A stretch of DNA of 64,000 bases from Eledone cirrhosa (Eukaryota): contig OZ024742.1 of NCBI GenBank assembly GCA_964016885.1, forward strand, positions 277,946,001 to 278,010,000, read 5' to 3'. A program made the translations under genes and the position numbers. The stretch's first letter is position 1. Every line of letters starts with the position of its first letter. The notes below the pieces were generated by a model. That model worked only from the letters and a program-made list of their open reading frames with translations, had not been told where the DNA came from and searched no databases. This document shows, one piece after another, positions 21,055 through 34,501 of the stretch.

Positions 21055-22879
21055 TTTCTTTATTAAACACAAGGGCACAAAAGAAGGGGACAAATACAAA
21101 TGGGGAGTTTACATGCAGGTATATGAAAATAAAACTATTAATAAAATAACAAATAACAATTGAAATCCCCAATAGGGTGGGAGGTGTTACACAGGGGTTA
21201 TACACATCCCAAGAGTGAGTACTCCCTTCCTCTCTTCTTCTTTTTCCTCAACATACAGGCTTATATAGAGAGAAGGCCCAACCACTCGGGCCATCTTTGC
21301 CACATTTACCCACCTTTTATAAAATTTGCTGGGGTACAGCACCTTTCTCTCCATCCTGATTCTTCTTCCAAAATGATATTTGAAAAAACGAATCAGTTGC
21401 TCGCCTGAGAGAAAGGTGTCTGACCTCAGCCCTTTTAACCTCGTCCACCATATAACCTCTTTCACCATAGCCATAGCACATAGGAAAACCACCTCCCCTC
21501 GTTTTTGAAAGAGGGTGGCGGTTTGATCATGACAATGGACTCGGTGGTCAACTGGATTGGTCCCACCCGCGACAATAGCCCTACAGGTCGGTAACGCCCG
21601 GGCAGTGTACAAATGCGTGCGCGACGGTTTCCTCGTCGCGCACGCATCTCAGACAGATCTTTTTCGAAGGGTCCCTACCCGGGCGCCCGAGTCGGTAGAG
21701 CTTGTCTCGAACTGGTAGAGCTCCTCGGTAGCACTGACAGGCCAGGGACTTTTGGAAGTTGTCCATTGGTCCCGGGCGGAAGGTCCTACCGAACAGATTG
21801 GCCAGTTCGTCCTCCTCTACGCCTAGAGTTTCTCCAAGCGTGTCGTCGCACTTGCTGAGGACCAACCCTCTATAGAATGTCGAAGTGGAGTCTCCACTGA
21901 TCGCCGGGTCCGTTTGCCAGAGGACTGTGAGCGCCTGACCACATTCGATGTGCCAGTCGCCGATTTTCCTCGGTCTTTGCTTGACCCAGGACTGCAGCTC
22001 GGTCAGCGAAACGAGTCGTGGGAAGGCTCGCCTCACGAACGGGGCCCACACCGGTTGTCTGGTGAGGAATACGCGGAGGTGCCGCGGCCTGAGCGCGTGT
22101 TTGTGCATCATCAGCCACGGCATCCCCAGCCCTCCGTTTGAGGGGTGTTGGCAGCAGATGGATCTTCTCACCAAAGGAGCCCGTTTCTTACAAAGGAATT
22201 GGAAGAGCGCAAGCTCCATTTTGGTGAGCGTTTTGGCTGGACAAGGCACGACGGTCAAGCGGTAGTAGATGACGGACGCTATAAAAGTGTTCGCCACCTC
22301 CGCTCGACCTTTCAAGGATAGTTTGCACTCAGCCCACTTCTGGGTGAGCTCAAACACTTTGGCCGTCACCTCGTTCCAGTTTTTCTCCACCTGGAGGTCA
22401 GGACCAAACCAGACCCCGAGCAGCTTTACCGGTCCTTCCGCCCAGCATCCGACAACGCCATCGGAAGGCATCGGTTTGCCTCTCCACGTTCCGAGTTGCA
22501 AACCGACGGATTTGGCCCGTTTCAGCTTCGCTCCTGTGTACCTTTCGTATTCCACTAGTAAGGTGCCGACCTCCCCGATTTGCGAGGTGCTGCTCGACAC
22601 CATTACTGTCACGTCGTCGGCGTAGGCCCACGCCGCTTTTCGCAGTCCCGGTTCCAAAGGGATGCCCTGCAATAGCTCCAACTTCCGCAGTAGTGGCTCG
22701 AGAGTCAGTACGTACAGAAGGGAGGAGAGAGGGCATCCCTGTCGGATGGATCACGTGATATGGAACGGCTGCCAGAGGTAGCCGTTCACCTTGACCCTTG
22801 AGCAGATGTTGCTGCTGTGCACTGCAGCAATCCAACCCCTGAACACGGGTCCGAAGCCTGCCGCCTCGAGCACCGTATC
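21055..22879 (-). pseudogene. Tx1 element of a related subfamily, 5'-truncated and frameshifted (copy 3)
   Basis: Minus-strand ORFs 21581-22681 and 21187-21612 align to the ORF2 RT and C-terminus. 5' junction abuts GATAGATAGATAGAT at 22881-22895; degenerate TCTA tail. Confidence 0.9.
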
Positions 22880-23963
22880 AGATAGATAGATAGATCATAG
22901 TTTAGTGGATAATGTTCAAGATAGAAAGTGATTAGGGAAGAGGCGTGAAGAGCTAAATCAGGTAAGAGAAAGTGATATTAGAAAAAGCATGCAGTATATA
23001 TTATAAGAAAAAGCATGCAGTGTTGTAATTATATTTAGTTTAAATTTCCTCTATAACCACATATTTCAGAAATAGCTTGTCCATGTTCTTAAAAAAATTC
23101 AAATGAGTCCAAAAATTAACTACATTTCACCATTGTTCAAAGAATACACAAAACGTGTCTATATTTCGAAGTGCCAATTTAAAGACAAAGAACAAAAAAA
23201 AAAAAACGCTAACAATATCGTCTGTCAACTACTGGTATTGTTACGTTTCCTGTACTTCAAAAGTTGGGATCATTCGAATTAACGCACATGGTATCGAGGC
23301 AGCACAAACGAAGAGACAAAATACTCTCAGATAGAACAGTGTGTCTTTTGAACTAAATACACAAATAAAAAACAAAAAAAATGTACGTGAACCCGAGGTG
23401 CAACAAGTGAAAACGAACAGAAATGCAACAAGATGCAATATGCAACAACATGTCCACGAGAAAATCGAGAGAAAAAAATAATAATAAATAGGCATACGGA
23501 CGAGTAAGAATGATAGCAGCAGAGTGAGACAGCAGGACTTGGTGGTCATATGATGTCAAGAAAGTAGAAGGGAGAAGAATTAATAGAAAGAGATAGAGGG
23601 AAGGGATGGGGGTGTTAGACAGAGATAGGGGAAGAAAAAGAGAGAGGAAGAAGAGGTGGAAAAGAATGAGTTCATAGGTGGTGTATTTTAGATAGAAGTG
23701 AAAAAGGCCTGCGTTGGCTAAAAGGCAACAATAAATCTGATTCACACACACAGCTGATTTACAACGTCTTTGGCGCAAGTAACAGTTGTATACCTGCCTT
23801 TGTATTGGACTGATTGGACCAGAATGGCGTTTTAACATGAAAGTAATAAAAATGTTTTATTGTAGAAAATGCAATTGTCTTTTGTGGTTATCAAAACGGA
23901 AAAGGAAGGGAAAGGCAAGTGCTCTTGGGGCACAGAAAAATAGGAGGCTTATAGTCTCTAGGC

Positions 23964-24152
23964 TTAGAGCACGGTGGTGTTAGGGCTGCGCTCCTCGGAT
24001 ACAATTGTAAAAGCATTCCCGCGGACAATTTCCAGCGACACCTGCTGCAAGAGCCACCCTCACCTCGCGGAACTCCTTCCTCGGACGCTGCTGACGTTCC
24101 GATCTTGCGGAGGAGTTCGGCAGTACGAGGTCCAAGTACGCTTGAAGTCTGC
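23964..24152 (-). pseudogene. C-terminal fragment of a CRE-clade (RLE-type) non-LTR retrotransposon
   Basis: TSSVLGPRTAELLRKIG...(frameshift)WLLQQVSLEIVRGNAFTI resembles the CRE C-terminal ET.G..G...QR.S..I.RGNA motif. Confidence 0.7.
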
Positions 24153-24719
24153 ATATTTTATTAAATTTGGAGGTATAGTGAGAACTGCAACATAATCAGC
24201 ATGTGTTGTTAGCAATTTATGCGATTTTGTATGGTTTACAAAACCGTCATTAGGAAGAAGGACACAGTGACAACTTCTACAATTTCACTCCGTAGCAACA
24301 CACATATTTCGTTTTGCCTTTTTCATTTCATGCTATAATTGTCACCCTAATTTAATTCTCTATGTCCTTCTCTATGTAATACAATCAAGAATTTCCTTTG
24401 CCAATAGGTTTATATCTAAACCCAGATTTATATATTTTCCTTACGTATGTGTATGTATAGATACATATATATTTTCAAATAGTGTGCATATTTTTCGTGG
24501 ATAATTGTGAATATGTAATATTGGGTTTCATTCATATAAAGCATCGTTATATATTTTTAGGGACGCTATAAAAATAGAGAATATCGGCATGTTTCCTCAT
24601 GTGCAATAATCTGTTAGGTAAAAATATACAGAAATACTACCAAGTTTATAATGCATAAGTAGGAAGGCCTATAAGTTCAAACAACTATGTTTGCCTTCAT
24701 TCACAACATACAAAGATAA

Positions 24720-24759
<40 letters not shown>

Positions 24760-24764
<5 letters not shown>

Positions 24765-24777
24765 TGCACACAAACAG

Positions 24778-24812
<35 letters not shown>

Positions 24813-24825
24813 TGCACACAAACAG

Positions 24826-24874
<49 letters not shown>

Positions 24875-24887
24875 TACACACAAACAG

Positions 24888-24930
<43 letters not shown>

Positions 24931-24951
24931 TACACACAAACAGTTATATAT

Positions 24952-24986
<35 letters not shown>

Positions 24987-24999
24987 TACGCACAAACAG

Positions 25000-25042
<43 letters not shown>

Positions 25043-25055
25043 TACACACACAAAG

Positions 25056-25060
<5 letters not shown>
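24760..25060. repeat. Compound minisatellite TGCAT(G/A)CACACAAACAGTTA + (TA)n, about 6 units
   Basis: A fixed 20-bp unit separated by variable-length TA runs. Confidence 0.9.
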
Positions 25061-25138
<78 letters not shown>

Positions 25139-25315
25139 AGTAAGAATGCAAGGGACCATTGCAGTGTATGGAGCAGAGTAGCGAACAAATAGAGATTCGT
25201 TTATAATTTCGTATCATGCACATTTGCACACAATAAATATGTTTACGCATGGATATATTTACATCTAAGGATATGAACATGCATGCATATAAATATAAAC
25301 ATAAATATATGTGCA

Positions 25316-25362
<47 letters not shown>

Positions 25363-25363
25363 C

Positions 25364-25419
<56 letters not shown>

Positions 25420-25513
25420 TGTGTATATATATGTGTGTATATATATGTGTGTATATATATGTGTGTATATATATATATGTGTATATATATATATGTGTAT
25501 ATATATATATGTG

Positions 25514-25547
<34 letters not shown>

Positions 25548-25551
25548 TAAT

Positions 25552-25618
<67 letters not shown>

Positions 25619-25620
25619 AA

Positions 25621-25830
25621 GGCGTGTGGCTAAGTGGTTAGAGAATTGGATTCACAATCTTGAGGTTGTGAGTGCGATTCTTGGACCGAGCGATGCGTTA
25701 TGCCCTTGAGCAAGACACTTTATATCACGTTGCTCCTTCTACCTGGAGTTGCGACCGGTAGATAGTACTAGCAACTGGAAAGACCGACGAAAACATTGTT
25801 TCCTCGGTCCGATTTGACGAAAGTTGATCG
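25621..25830 (+). mobile_element. tRNA-derived SINE family B (CORE-like block)
   Basis: Head GGCGTGTGGCTAAGTGGTTAG with a B-box-like segment, then CCTTGAGCAAGACACTT. A reverse copy lies at 41412-41624. Confidence 0.85.
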
Positions 25831-25867
25831 ATATATATATATATATATATAAATATATATATATAAA

Positions 25868-26832
25868 TGAAGAATTAGAAATAGAAGCCTGGACTATCCG
25901 TCATCAGTGGTCTACTAGCCATCATAGGTATTTCTTCGCATTACAGACCATATTACCCAGGCTAGGGCAATGCAATAGCTAAAATAAGTTATTGGGATAA
26001 AAAGAGTCGGGTTGAGAAAGAGAGACAGGTAATCAAACACGAATGGTGAGGCAACGTAAAGAGAGGAAAAATGAGAAAATCAAGTCAATAATTCATTTTG
26101 AACATAAGAACGTGAAAATATTGACGAGAAGACGAAAGACACATCTTGGCCAAGCGAATGTGAGGAGGAAAGAATTTCGTACGATGTGGGATGATGGAGG
26201 AAGGGAGAGTGAGGGTGAGTAGCAGAGAGTGAGTGAGAGAAAGTGTGAGGAAGAGGCTAGCCGAGAGAGGGTGACTAGCAGAGGGGGTGAGTGAAAGTAA
26301 GGAGGAGAATGAGAGGGAAGGAGGAGAAAAAAAGAGGATAGCAGTAAGGGTAGAGAAAAAGACAGGTCACAGCAAAGGGGAAAGCATATTTGAATGAAAA
26401 ATGGCGAGCTGTGTTGTTGCAAATAGAATATATACAAACATGAAGAATTAGAAATAGAAGCCAGGACTATCCGTCATCAGTGGTCTACTAGCCATCATAG
26501 GTATTTCTTCGCATTACATACCATATTCCTCAGGCTAGGGCGAAGCAATAACTAAAATAAGTTATTGGGATAAAAAGAGTTGGGTGGAGAAAGAGAGACA
26601 GGTAAACAAACACGAATGGTGAGGCAACGTAAAGAGAGGAAAAAATGAGAAAATCAAGTCAATATTTCATTTTGAACTTAAGAACGTGCGAATATTGACG
26701 AAAAGACGAAATACACATCTTGGCCGTGCGAATGTGAGCAAGAAAAGTATTTCGTATGGTGTGGGACGATGGAAGAAGGGAGAGAGAGGGTGAGTAGCAG
26801 AGAGTGAGTGAAAGTGTGAGGAAGAGGCTAGC
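25868..26832. repeat. Tandem duplication, ~572-bp unit (1.7 copies), purine-rich
   Basis: atgaagaattagaaatagaagcc starts at 25868 and again at 26440. Confidence 0.9.
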
Positions 26833-27011
26833 AGGTCTCCAAGGTGTACAGCCTCTCGTCGATAGCGCCAATGTAGGTAAGGGAAATATATATATATATA
26901 TATATGTGTGTATATGCATATTTATTTATGTATGTATGTTCCGGTTTTATAATTTCACAAATGTTTGCCAATAGAGAGAGAGTCGATTTCTAACATGTAT
27001 ACAAGACTCTC

Positions 27012-27397
27012 TCATTGGAAAGTTTTACACATTTTTACTGTTCCATTAATGGATTGTATTTGTAATTTCCTAACTAGTGTTCTTTCTGTTTCTGTGAAGC
27101 CCAGATTTGTATTGAGGCAGTTACTAACATATCACAGGTATAAATCTGAAAGCATAGTCAGGGTGGAGTATCTGTAGATTTCTCATTAGTTCTACTTAGA
27201 TGTCCTCCTTTTCTCTAATCTTTAATACTATATTGGAATCTGCTGGGCTGCTAACTACTGTGAATGTTTTCTTATCCCTGCCCCATATCATTATAGCTGG
27301 TCTGTTATGCCTGCATTTTATTGGGGTTTTACTGGAACATTCCACCAGTACTCTTATATTATATATATGTATGTCTTCCACATTGCTGTAACTTTTA
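27012..27397 (-). pseudogene. R4/Dong-like non-LTR retrotransposon RLE domain fragment
   Basis: HNRPAIMIWGRDKKT...PADSNIVLKIREKEDI*VELMRNLQILHPDYAFRFIPVI resembles the R4-clade HNRPD...P.D.N...KE.EK...Y..L pattern. Confidence 0.7.
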
Positions 27398-27471
27398 ATG
27401 TGTATGCATGCATGTATGTACGTATCTATGAATGCATGTATCTGCCTGTCTCTCACTCTCTCTGTATATAT

Positions 27472-28184
27472 ATATAATTGAATATAAAAGAGAGATAAAC
27501 ACAGATATAGACATATATGTGTTCAAATCGTAAGGGACCAGATTCACTAGGGTGAAAAAAATGCTAACTATGAACAATAGGGTTTTCCAGACTCAATTTA
27601 AAAGAATAAATTAAGAAAAAAATACAAACCGAAATTGTGACAACTATCAAACTCCCAGACAGCTTTTGTTAATGCTGTTTCGCAATCTAGTGAAAGGGAA
27701 TTACCAATTCTATTGCTCTTCAGTGTGTGTGGAATTAGTAAACCCTTTACTTCTAAGTATCTTAGCCGACTGAATGGTGTGCGTATATAAAATAACGTAT
27801 ATAAAATAACGCACCAGAACCTAGCGTGTCTCGTAAAACGCATGCTACTAAAAATAGCAGTCACTGACGAGCAATAGAATTGGTAATTCCCTTTCACTAA
27901 ATTGCGAAACAGCATTACCAAAAGCTGTCTGGGTGTTTGATAGTTGTCACAATTTCGGTTTGTATTTGTTTATTAATTTATTCTTTTAAATTGAGTCTGG
28001 CAGTCCCTATTGTTCATAGTTAGTATCTTTATCACCCTAGCGAATCTGGTCCCTTACGATTTGAACACATATATGTATATATCTGTGTTTATCTCTCTTT
28101 AATATTCAATTATATTACACGGCCCATAACATTTTCTTTCCTTGAGCTATTTAATTGTAAGAGACTATTTTGAGTTTCTAACTT
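27472..28184. mobile_element. Fold-back PLE pLTR with a canonical hammerhead on each arm
   Basis: 27472-27725 is inverted relative to 27862-28113, and the right arm extends ~70 bp further. Confidence 0.8.
27858..27935 (+). ncRNA. Type I hammerhead ribozyme motif (GUC site)
   Basis: ca-CTGACGA-GCAAT...ATTGC-GAAA-CAGC...GCTG-TC-tg. Minus-strand twin with CTGAAGA core at 27652-27729. Confidence 0.8.
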
Positions 28185-28201
28185 AATATATACCTTTGAA
28201 A

Positions 28202-28254
<53 letters not shown>

Positions 28255-28255
<1 letters not shown>

Positions 28256-28350
28256 GGTAGAAGGAGCAACGTGAAATAAAGTGTATTTAGTCAAGGAAAT
28301 AAACCTGACGATTGCGAATCCAACCCTCTAACCACTCAGCCACCCGCCTT
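28255..28350 (-). mobile_element. SINE family B fragment with internal deletion
   Basis: Matches the reverse complement of 25621-25745. Confidence 0.7.
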
Positions 28351-28419
28351 CACACACACATATAAATATATATGTATATATAGATATGCACATAGTATCG
28401 GTCTGTCTATCTATACCCG

Positions 28420-28592
28420 ATCGGTAGAGAGTCGGACGCCATGCTTTCCAGCATAGTTACGTCCCTTTACGGTCTGAGTTCAAATCCCGCCGAGGTTAAC
28501 TTTGCCTTTCATCCTTACGGGGTCAATAAAATAAAGTACCAGTAATGTACTGGGTAATTGCTGGCCTTGTGCCAAAAGTAGAAACAATTATT
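28420..28592 (+). mobile_element. SINE family A
   Basis: Same body and 3' end as the 6346 copy. Confidence 0.85.
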
Positions 28593-28720
28593 TATTGCTT
28601 TATCTAGCTATCTTTCTAACTATTTTTTTTATCTATCTATCTGTCTATTTATATGAAGGTTTTATTATTCTAAAACACGATTTGTGAATTTTAAAAAATT
28701 CACTTTTGTGTCATGACGCC

Positions 28721-28778
<58 letters not shown>

Positions 28779-28779
28779 A

Positions 28780-28836
<57 letters not shown>

Positions 28837-28837
<1 letters not shown>

Positions 28838-29126
28838 AAGTGGCGAGAATGGCCCGAGTGAATGGGCCTTCTCTCTATATCAGCCTGTAGATTGAGGAAA
28901 AGGAGGAGGAGAGGAAAGGAGTACAAGCTCTTCGTACTCCTGGAGATGAGGGTTGCACATTTTTTCGGGGGTATGTGTTACCCATATAAACTGTCTCCCT
29001 CTATTGGGGAAAATCGACTAACTTTTAAATTCCATCTGTGATAACATTTTACACGTTTTTATTGTATGTAAACTTCCCCCTTTGTATTTGTCCCCTTCTT
29101 TTGTGCCCCTGTGGCTAATAAAGAAA
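28837..29126 (+). mobile_element. Tx1 3'-end fragment (copy 4)
   Basis: KVARMARVNGPSLYISL* plus 3' UTR, lying between (TCTA)n at 28721-28837 and 29130-29165. Confidence 0.9.
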
Positions 29127-29127
29127 T

Positions 29128-29159
<32 letters not shown>

Positions 29160-29165
29160 CTATCT

Positions 29166-32100
29166 TTCTGCCTGACGCGTGGAATATCGCCGGTAAGGTT
29201 TTTTGTAAATTTATATACGAAAAACAGAACAAATTGTTTGAAAAAACATATTATTTCGTAGATTAACCCCCAAGCTGAATTGTCAGCTGGGTGCTAATCC
29301 CATTTTTCGCCCCTCTAGGGACGAAAATTTTATTTTAAAAATTGCTTTAAAATATCAAATTTTACAAACTATATAACTTGAACAACACAAAAACGCTGGA
29401 GAACGTCAATAGAGAAAAGAGAGAGAAAGAGGCAGATATTAACGTTATATCTGCTTCTGCTACTATGGACGTCGTCATAGATACGACTGTCAACAAAGAG
29501 GAAAAAATGTTACCACTCGAAAATTGTACAATTTCTACCGTCGAAGCGGAGAAAAATAACACTAACACAGAAATTAAACCTATTAACATACATACACATG
29601 AAAAAGACAGCAACAACTACACATAATGTTTCACCTCGTAAAAAAACTGAGATTTCCAACACCGAGGCTAACAACGATAACAACAACAGCAACAGCAACA
29701 CCACACAAATAAAGAAAATGTCTTTCGCTGAAACAGCGAACAAAAAACAAGATTTTATAAATCTTGATATCTCCAATGCAAGAGATATGCTCCAGCAAGG
29801 GAGAAAATTTGTAACTTTCAAAGAAAAAGGTGGGTTTAGAATTAACTCACCCCTTGAAATAAAGGAAGACACAATTCGAAGATCAGTCACCTTTAGGACT
29901 GTGTCAAATTCAAAATATACCCCCAAACATTAACATCTGGTGGATATTGGCTGGCTTCGTAAAGCCAGAAACTGATATGATTCTTTCGACACGAAAATCT
30001 ATTCGACAAAGGTGGGCGGGAAACAGGGCCAACTTTTAAACGACCTTAGGTCACACGGTATGGATGTGATAGCCATCACCGAGTCCAGGATCCACAACAG
30101 GCAGCAACTAACCCCCATCTTCGACAACTTTGAGATCTACGCATCTCTCTGTCAGCCAGGAGGTGGAGGTGGAGTGGCTGTCATGTTTCGGAAGAACCTG
30201 GACGTCGAAGTACAGCAAGTACACTTGGACACGGAGGGTAGACTGGTAGTCCTAGACGTGAACAGTATTGGAGGTAGAGCCTTCAGACTGGTGGCCGTTT
30301 ATGCCCGACCGGGCAATCGCAATCGCAGCCAGACTTCTTTAAGCGTCTAGAGTCTTTTCTGGGAACGTCTCGCTCCTTACTTTCAGTAGGGGACTGGAAT
30401 GGTATCCTAGATGCACGATGGGACTATATGGGAGCATGTCCCAGTAGAGCGGGGTGCAACAGCCTCAAAACTTAAATCGGCCGATTCCAACTGGCCGATA
30501 GGTATCGACTGGATTTCCCGACTGTACCACAGTGGACGTGGGCAAACCGCAGTGGGACATCTAGATCGTGTTTAGATAGGTTCTTCATTAGAGAAAGGGA
30601 CAAGGAGATGTTAAGCTGTCCACGAATGCACATGGTTGTTGCTATTCAGATCACAAATTAGCCGTCTGCTTAATCAACCGTGATAGAACACATAGACAGG
30701 GACCCGGATACTGGAAGCTGAACCTGTCGTTGCCGGCACGTAAAGCTTACACTGAACGGATAAGTAGACTAGTCAAGCAACAGTTAACGGGAGCCATCGT
30801 CAACAATAGATGGTGGTACTCTCTCAAGAAAGCAATTAGAATAGAATCGATAGGGTATAGCAGAGAGTTAGCTTTAGAGAAAAACAGAATAGAAAGAGAA
30901 CTAGTAGCCAAGGTAGAGGAGCCACTTAGATGTGGCAACGCGGCTAGAGTGTTAGCGTCGAGAACGACACTGGGCCAGTTCTTCGATGCGAAACACGAAG
31001 GTTGCGTGGTCAGAAGCAAAACACGTGCTCTAGGAAACGAAGGAGCGAAAGCTGTCAGCTGGGCCCGAGTGGCGGAGGCAAAAAGAGGCAACAAGTCCAC
31101 GATTCGGTCTTTGAAAGACCAAAACGGATGCGTGCTATTTGACCCCAAGTAAATGTGCGCGGCCTTTCAGCAGCACTTTGCGCAACTGTTTGAGCAGAAC
31201 GACTGTGAGCCGAACGTAGCAATGGACTTTAGTTCATACCTCGACGGCCTGCCGCGTCTCTCGAACACGGACACCGAGTTCTGCGAAAGACCGATCACGG
31301 ACCATGAGATATGGGGCGCTCTGGATCGCTGCGGGAAACGCAAGTCACCCGGTCTAGATGGTCTACCCTATGAGTTTTACAAGGCATGCCGGACTTTTTA
31401 TCTGGCGTCCTCGAAGCCATCTACTGCAATTGGCAGCAGAACGGGAGAATTCCCAGTTCTGCAGGCAAGGGCGTAGTAACACTGATGAGGAAAGACGAGA
31501 ACAAGGGGTACGAAATTAACAACTTCAGGCCCCTAACTCTGCTCAACACAGAGTTAAAGATTTTGGCCAAGGTGCTAGCGACGAGGTTGGCGCTTGTCGT
31601 CGAGAACCTGGTAGGGAAAGCGCAAACGTGTGCAATCCCGACCAGGTCCATACACGACAACCTCCACCTCATGCGATACATCATAGAGAGGGTGGGTAGT
31701 AAACCCGGCTTGCGTGATGCTCTGATCAATTTGGATCAGTCTAAGGCATTCGATAGGGTCGACCATCGATACTTGGAAGCGGTTCTCAAGGTGGCCGGTT
31801 TCGGTCCCGTGTTCAGATTCTGGATCAAGGCGATGCACACCAGCATCTGCTCGAGGGTCAAGGTGAACGTCTACCTATCGGAGCCATTCGCAATCACGCG
31901 TTCCATTGGACAGGGCTGCCCTCTCTCCTCCATTCTGTATGTATTGACTCTAGAGCCACTACTGCGGAAATTGGAGCTGTTGCAGGGCCACCCTCTAGAA
32001 CCGGGACTGCGCAAAGCGGCGTCGGCTTATGCAGACAACGTGACGGTAATGGTGTCGAGCACCTCGGAAATAGGGGTGATAGGCAACTTACTGAAAGAAT

Positions 32101-33580
32101 ACGAAACGCTGACGGGAGCAAAACTAAATCCGGACAAGTCTGTCGGCTTGCAACTCGGTATGTGGAGAGGTAAACCGATGACGTCCGACAGCGTCGTTGG
32201 ACGCTGGACGGAAGGACCGGTGAAATTGCTCGGAGTCTGGTTCGGTTCAGACCTCCAGGTGGAGAAAAACTGGAACGAGGTCACGGCCAGGGTGTTTGCA
32301 CTCACCCAGAAATGGGCAGAGTGCAAACTGTCCTTGAAAGGTCGAGCGGAGGTGGCGAACACTTTCATAGCGTCCGTCATCTACTACCGCTTGACTGTCG
32401 TGCCTTGTCCCCGTGAACATCTCGCCAAGATGGAACGCATGCTCTTCCAGTTTCTGTGGAAGAAGCAGGCTCCGCTGGTGAGGAGATCCGTCTGCTGTCA
32501 GCACCCTTCCAACGGAGGGCTGGGAATGCCGTGGATGATGATGCGCAAACATGCGCTGAGGCTGCGGCATCTCCAGGTATTCCTCACCGACCCCCAACAG
32601 GTGTGGGCACCGTTTGTGAGACAGCCTTTCGCACAGCTCGTCTCGCTGACGGAGCTGCAGTCCTGGGTCTAGAAAAGACCGAAAACGATGGGCGCCTGGC
32701 ACATTGAATGCGCTCAGACGCTCACAGTCCTCTGGCAAGCGGGCGCAGCAATCAGTGGAGACTCCACTTCGACATTCTATAGAGGGATTGTACGTTACAA
32801 GGGCGACGACGTGCTCGAAGAGACTCTACGCGTCGAAGACGATGAGCTCACCAGCCTGTTTGGTAGGACTTTCCGCCCGGGACCTAGGGACAACTTCCAG
32901 AGGTCCCTGGCCTGGCTGTGCTACCGAGGAGCTCTACCGGTTTGTGACAAGATCTACAGGCACGGACGCTCCGGCAGGGATCCTTCCAAGAGGACGTGTC
33001 CAAGATGCGCACAGGACATTGAAACAGTCCTGCACGCAATTGTACACTGCCCGGGCGTAACCGACCTGTGGAACTATGCAGAACAACTGCTGTCGCGTAT
33101 GGGACAAATCCAGTTGACTGCCGAGTTCATAGTAAGGATCAAACCGCCAGCCTCTTTCAAAAACGAAAGAGAGGTGGTTTTCTTCTGTACGGTGGCTATG
33201 GTGAAAGAAGTTATATGGTGGACGAGGTTGAGAGGACTGAGGACAGATGGCTTTCTCTCCGGACAACAATTGATTCCCTTCTTTAAGTATCACTTTAGAA
33301 GGAGAATCAGAGTGGTGAGAGAGGCACTGCACCCCAGTAAATTTACTGAAAGTAGCCTGTAGGTTGAAGAAAGGAGCACTTGCACAACACGCTCCTGGAG
33401 TTGAGGGTTGTTCTATCGACGGGGTTTTAAACAACCCATTTGTGGAGCCTCCCCCCCTATTGGGGATTTCGATTGTTGTAATTGTTTGTTTTTATATTTT
33501 TTACACGACTGTATGTAAATCCCCGGCATGTCTTTGTATTGTCCCCTTTTCTTGTGCGCCCTTGTGGCAAATAAATAAAT
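29166..33580 (+). pseudogene. Degenerate Tx1 element with 5' UTR, internally deleted ORF1 and disrupted ORF2 (copy 5)
   Basis: ORF1 remnant SFAETANKKQDFINLDI...VTFRTVSN aligns to ORF1 of copy 2. Deletions near 29930 and ~30010. ORF2 has stops and frameshifts, with YADN in place of YADD. Degenerate TCTA tail. Confidence 0.9.
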
Positions 33581-34080
33581 ATATCTAACTATCTATCTTT
33601 CTATCAAACTATCCATCTGTTTATCTATCTCTCACTCACTCCCTGTCTCTCTCTCTATATATATATATTCTGGAAGCTTTATATAAGCAGCGGGATATAT
33701 ATGTAACATAAGGGTATACGTTGACTACTTATATGTAAACATACACACTTATATATATACTTATATATGTGCGTGTATAATATTCTCTGTTTATGCTGAC
33801 GTGCATTCTTATTATTATTCCTTTGCGACTGAACGTTTTTGCATATACTAATGCGTGCATGTGTGGTAAATAAATGTTCATGTTTTACATACTCTCGCAT
33901 TCTTTACTACATCTATGTCCTGTTCTTAAAGAGTTTTATGTCAAATCAATGTATATATATATGTCATGACATACTTAATGTTACCATTATTTCTAACTTG
34001 GGCTTTTAGTGAGAAACATTATCTATGCATATTTATATGCATTGATTAAACCTAAAATTGAGTTGTATATGTGTATTCGA

Positions 34081-34271
34081 GGCAGTGGATTGGCAGTATC
34101 GGTAGAGGGTCGGACGCCATGCTTTCCAGCATAGTTATGTCCCTTTACGATCTGAGTTCAAATCCCGCCGAGGTTGACTTTGCCTTTCATCCTTACGGGG
34201 TCGATAAAATAAAGCACCAGCAATGCACTGGATAATTGCTGGCCTTGTGCCTAAAGTAGAAACAATTATTT
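34081..34271 (+). mobile_element. SINE family A
   Basis: Complete head-to-tail match. Confidence 0.85.
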
Positions 34272-34283
34272 CTAACTATATGC

Positions 34284-34402
<119 letters not shown>

Positions 34403-34412
34403 TATATATATA

Positions 34413-34501
<89 letters not shown>

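Noticed and set aside
24760-25060. CRISPR-like look: fixed 20-bp repeat with intervening sequence
   Set aside because: The spacers are only (TA)n, the context is eukaryotic and there are no cas genes.
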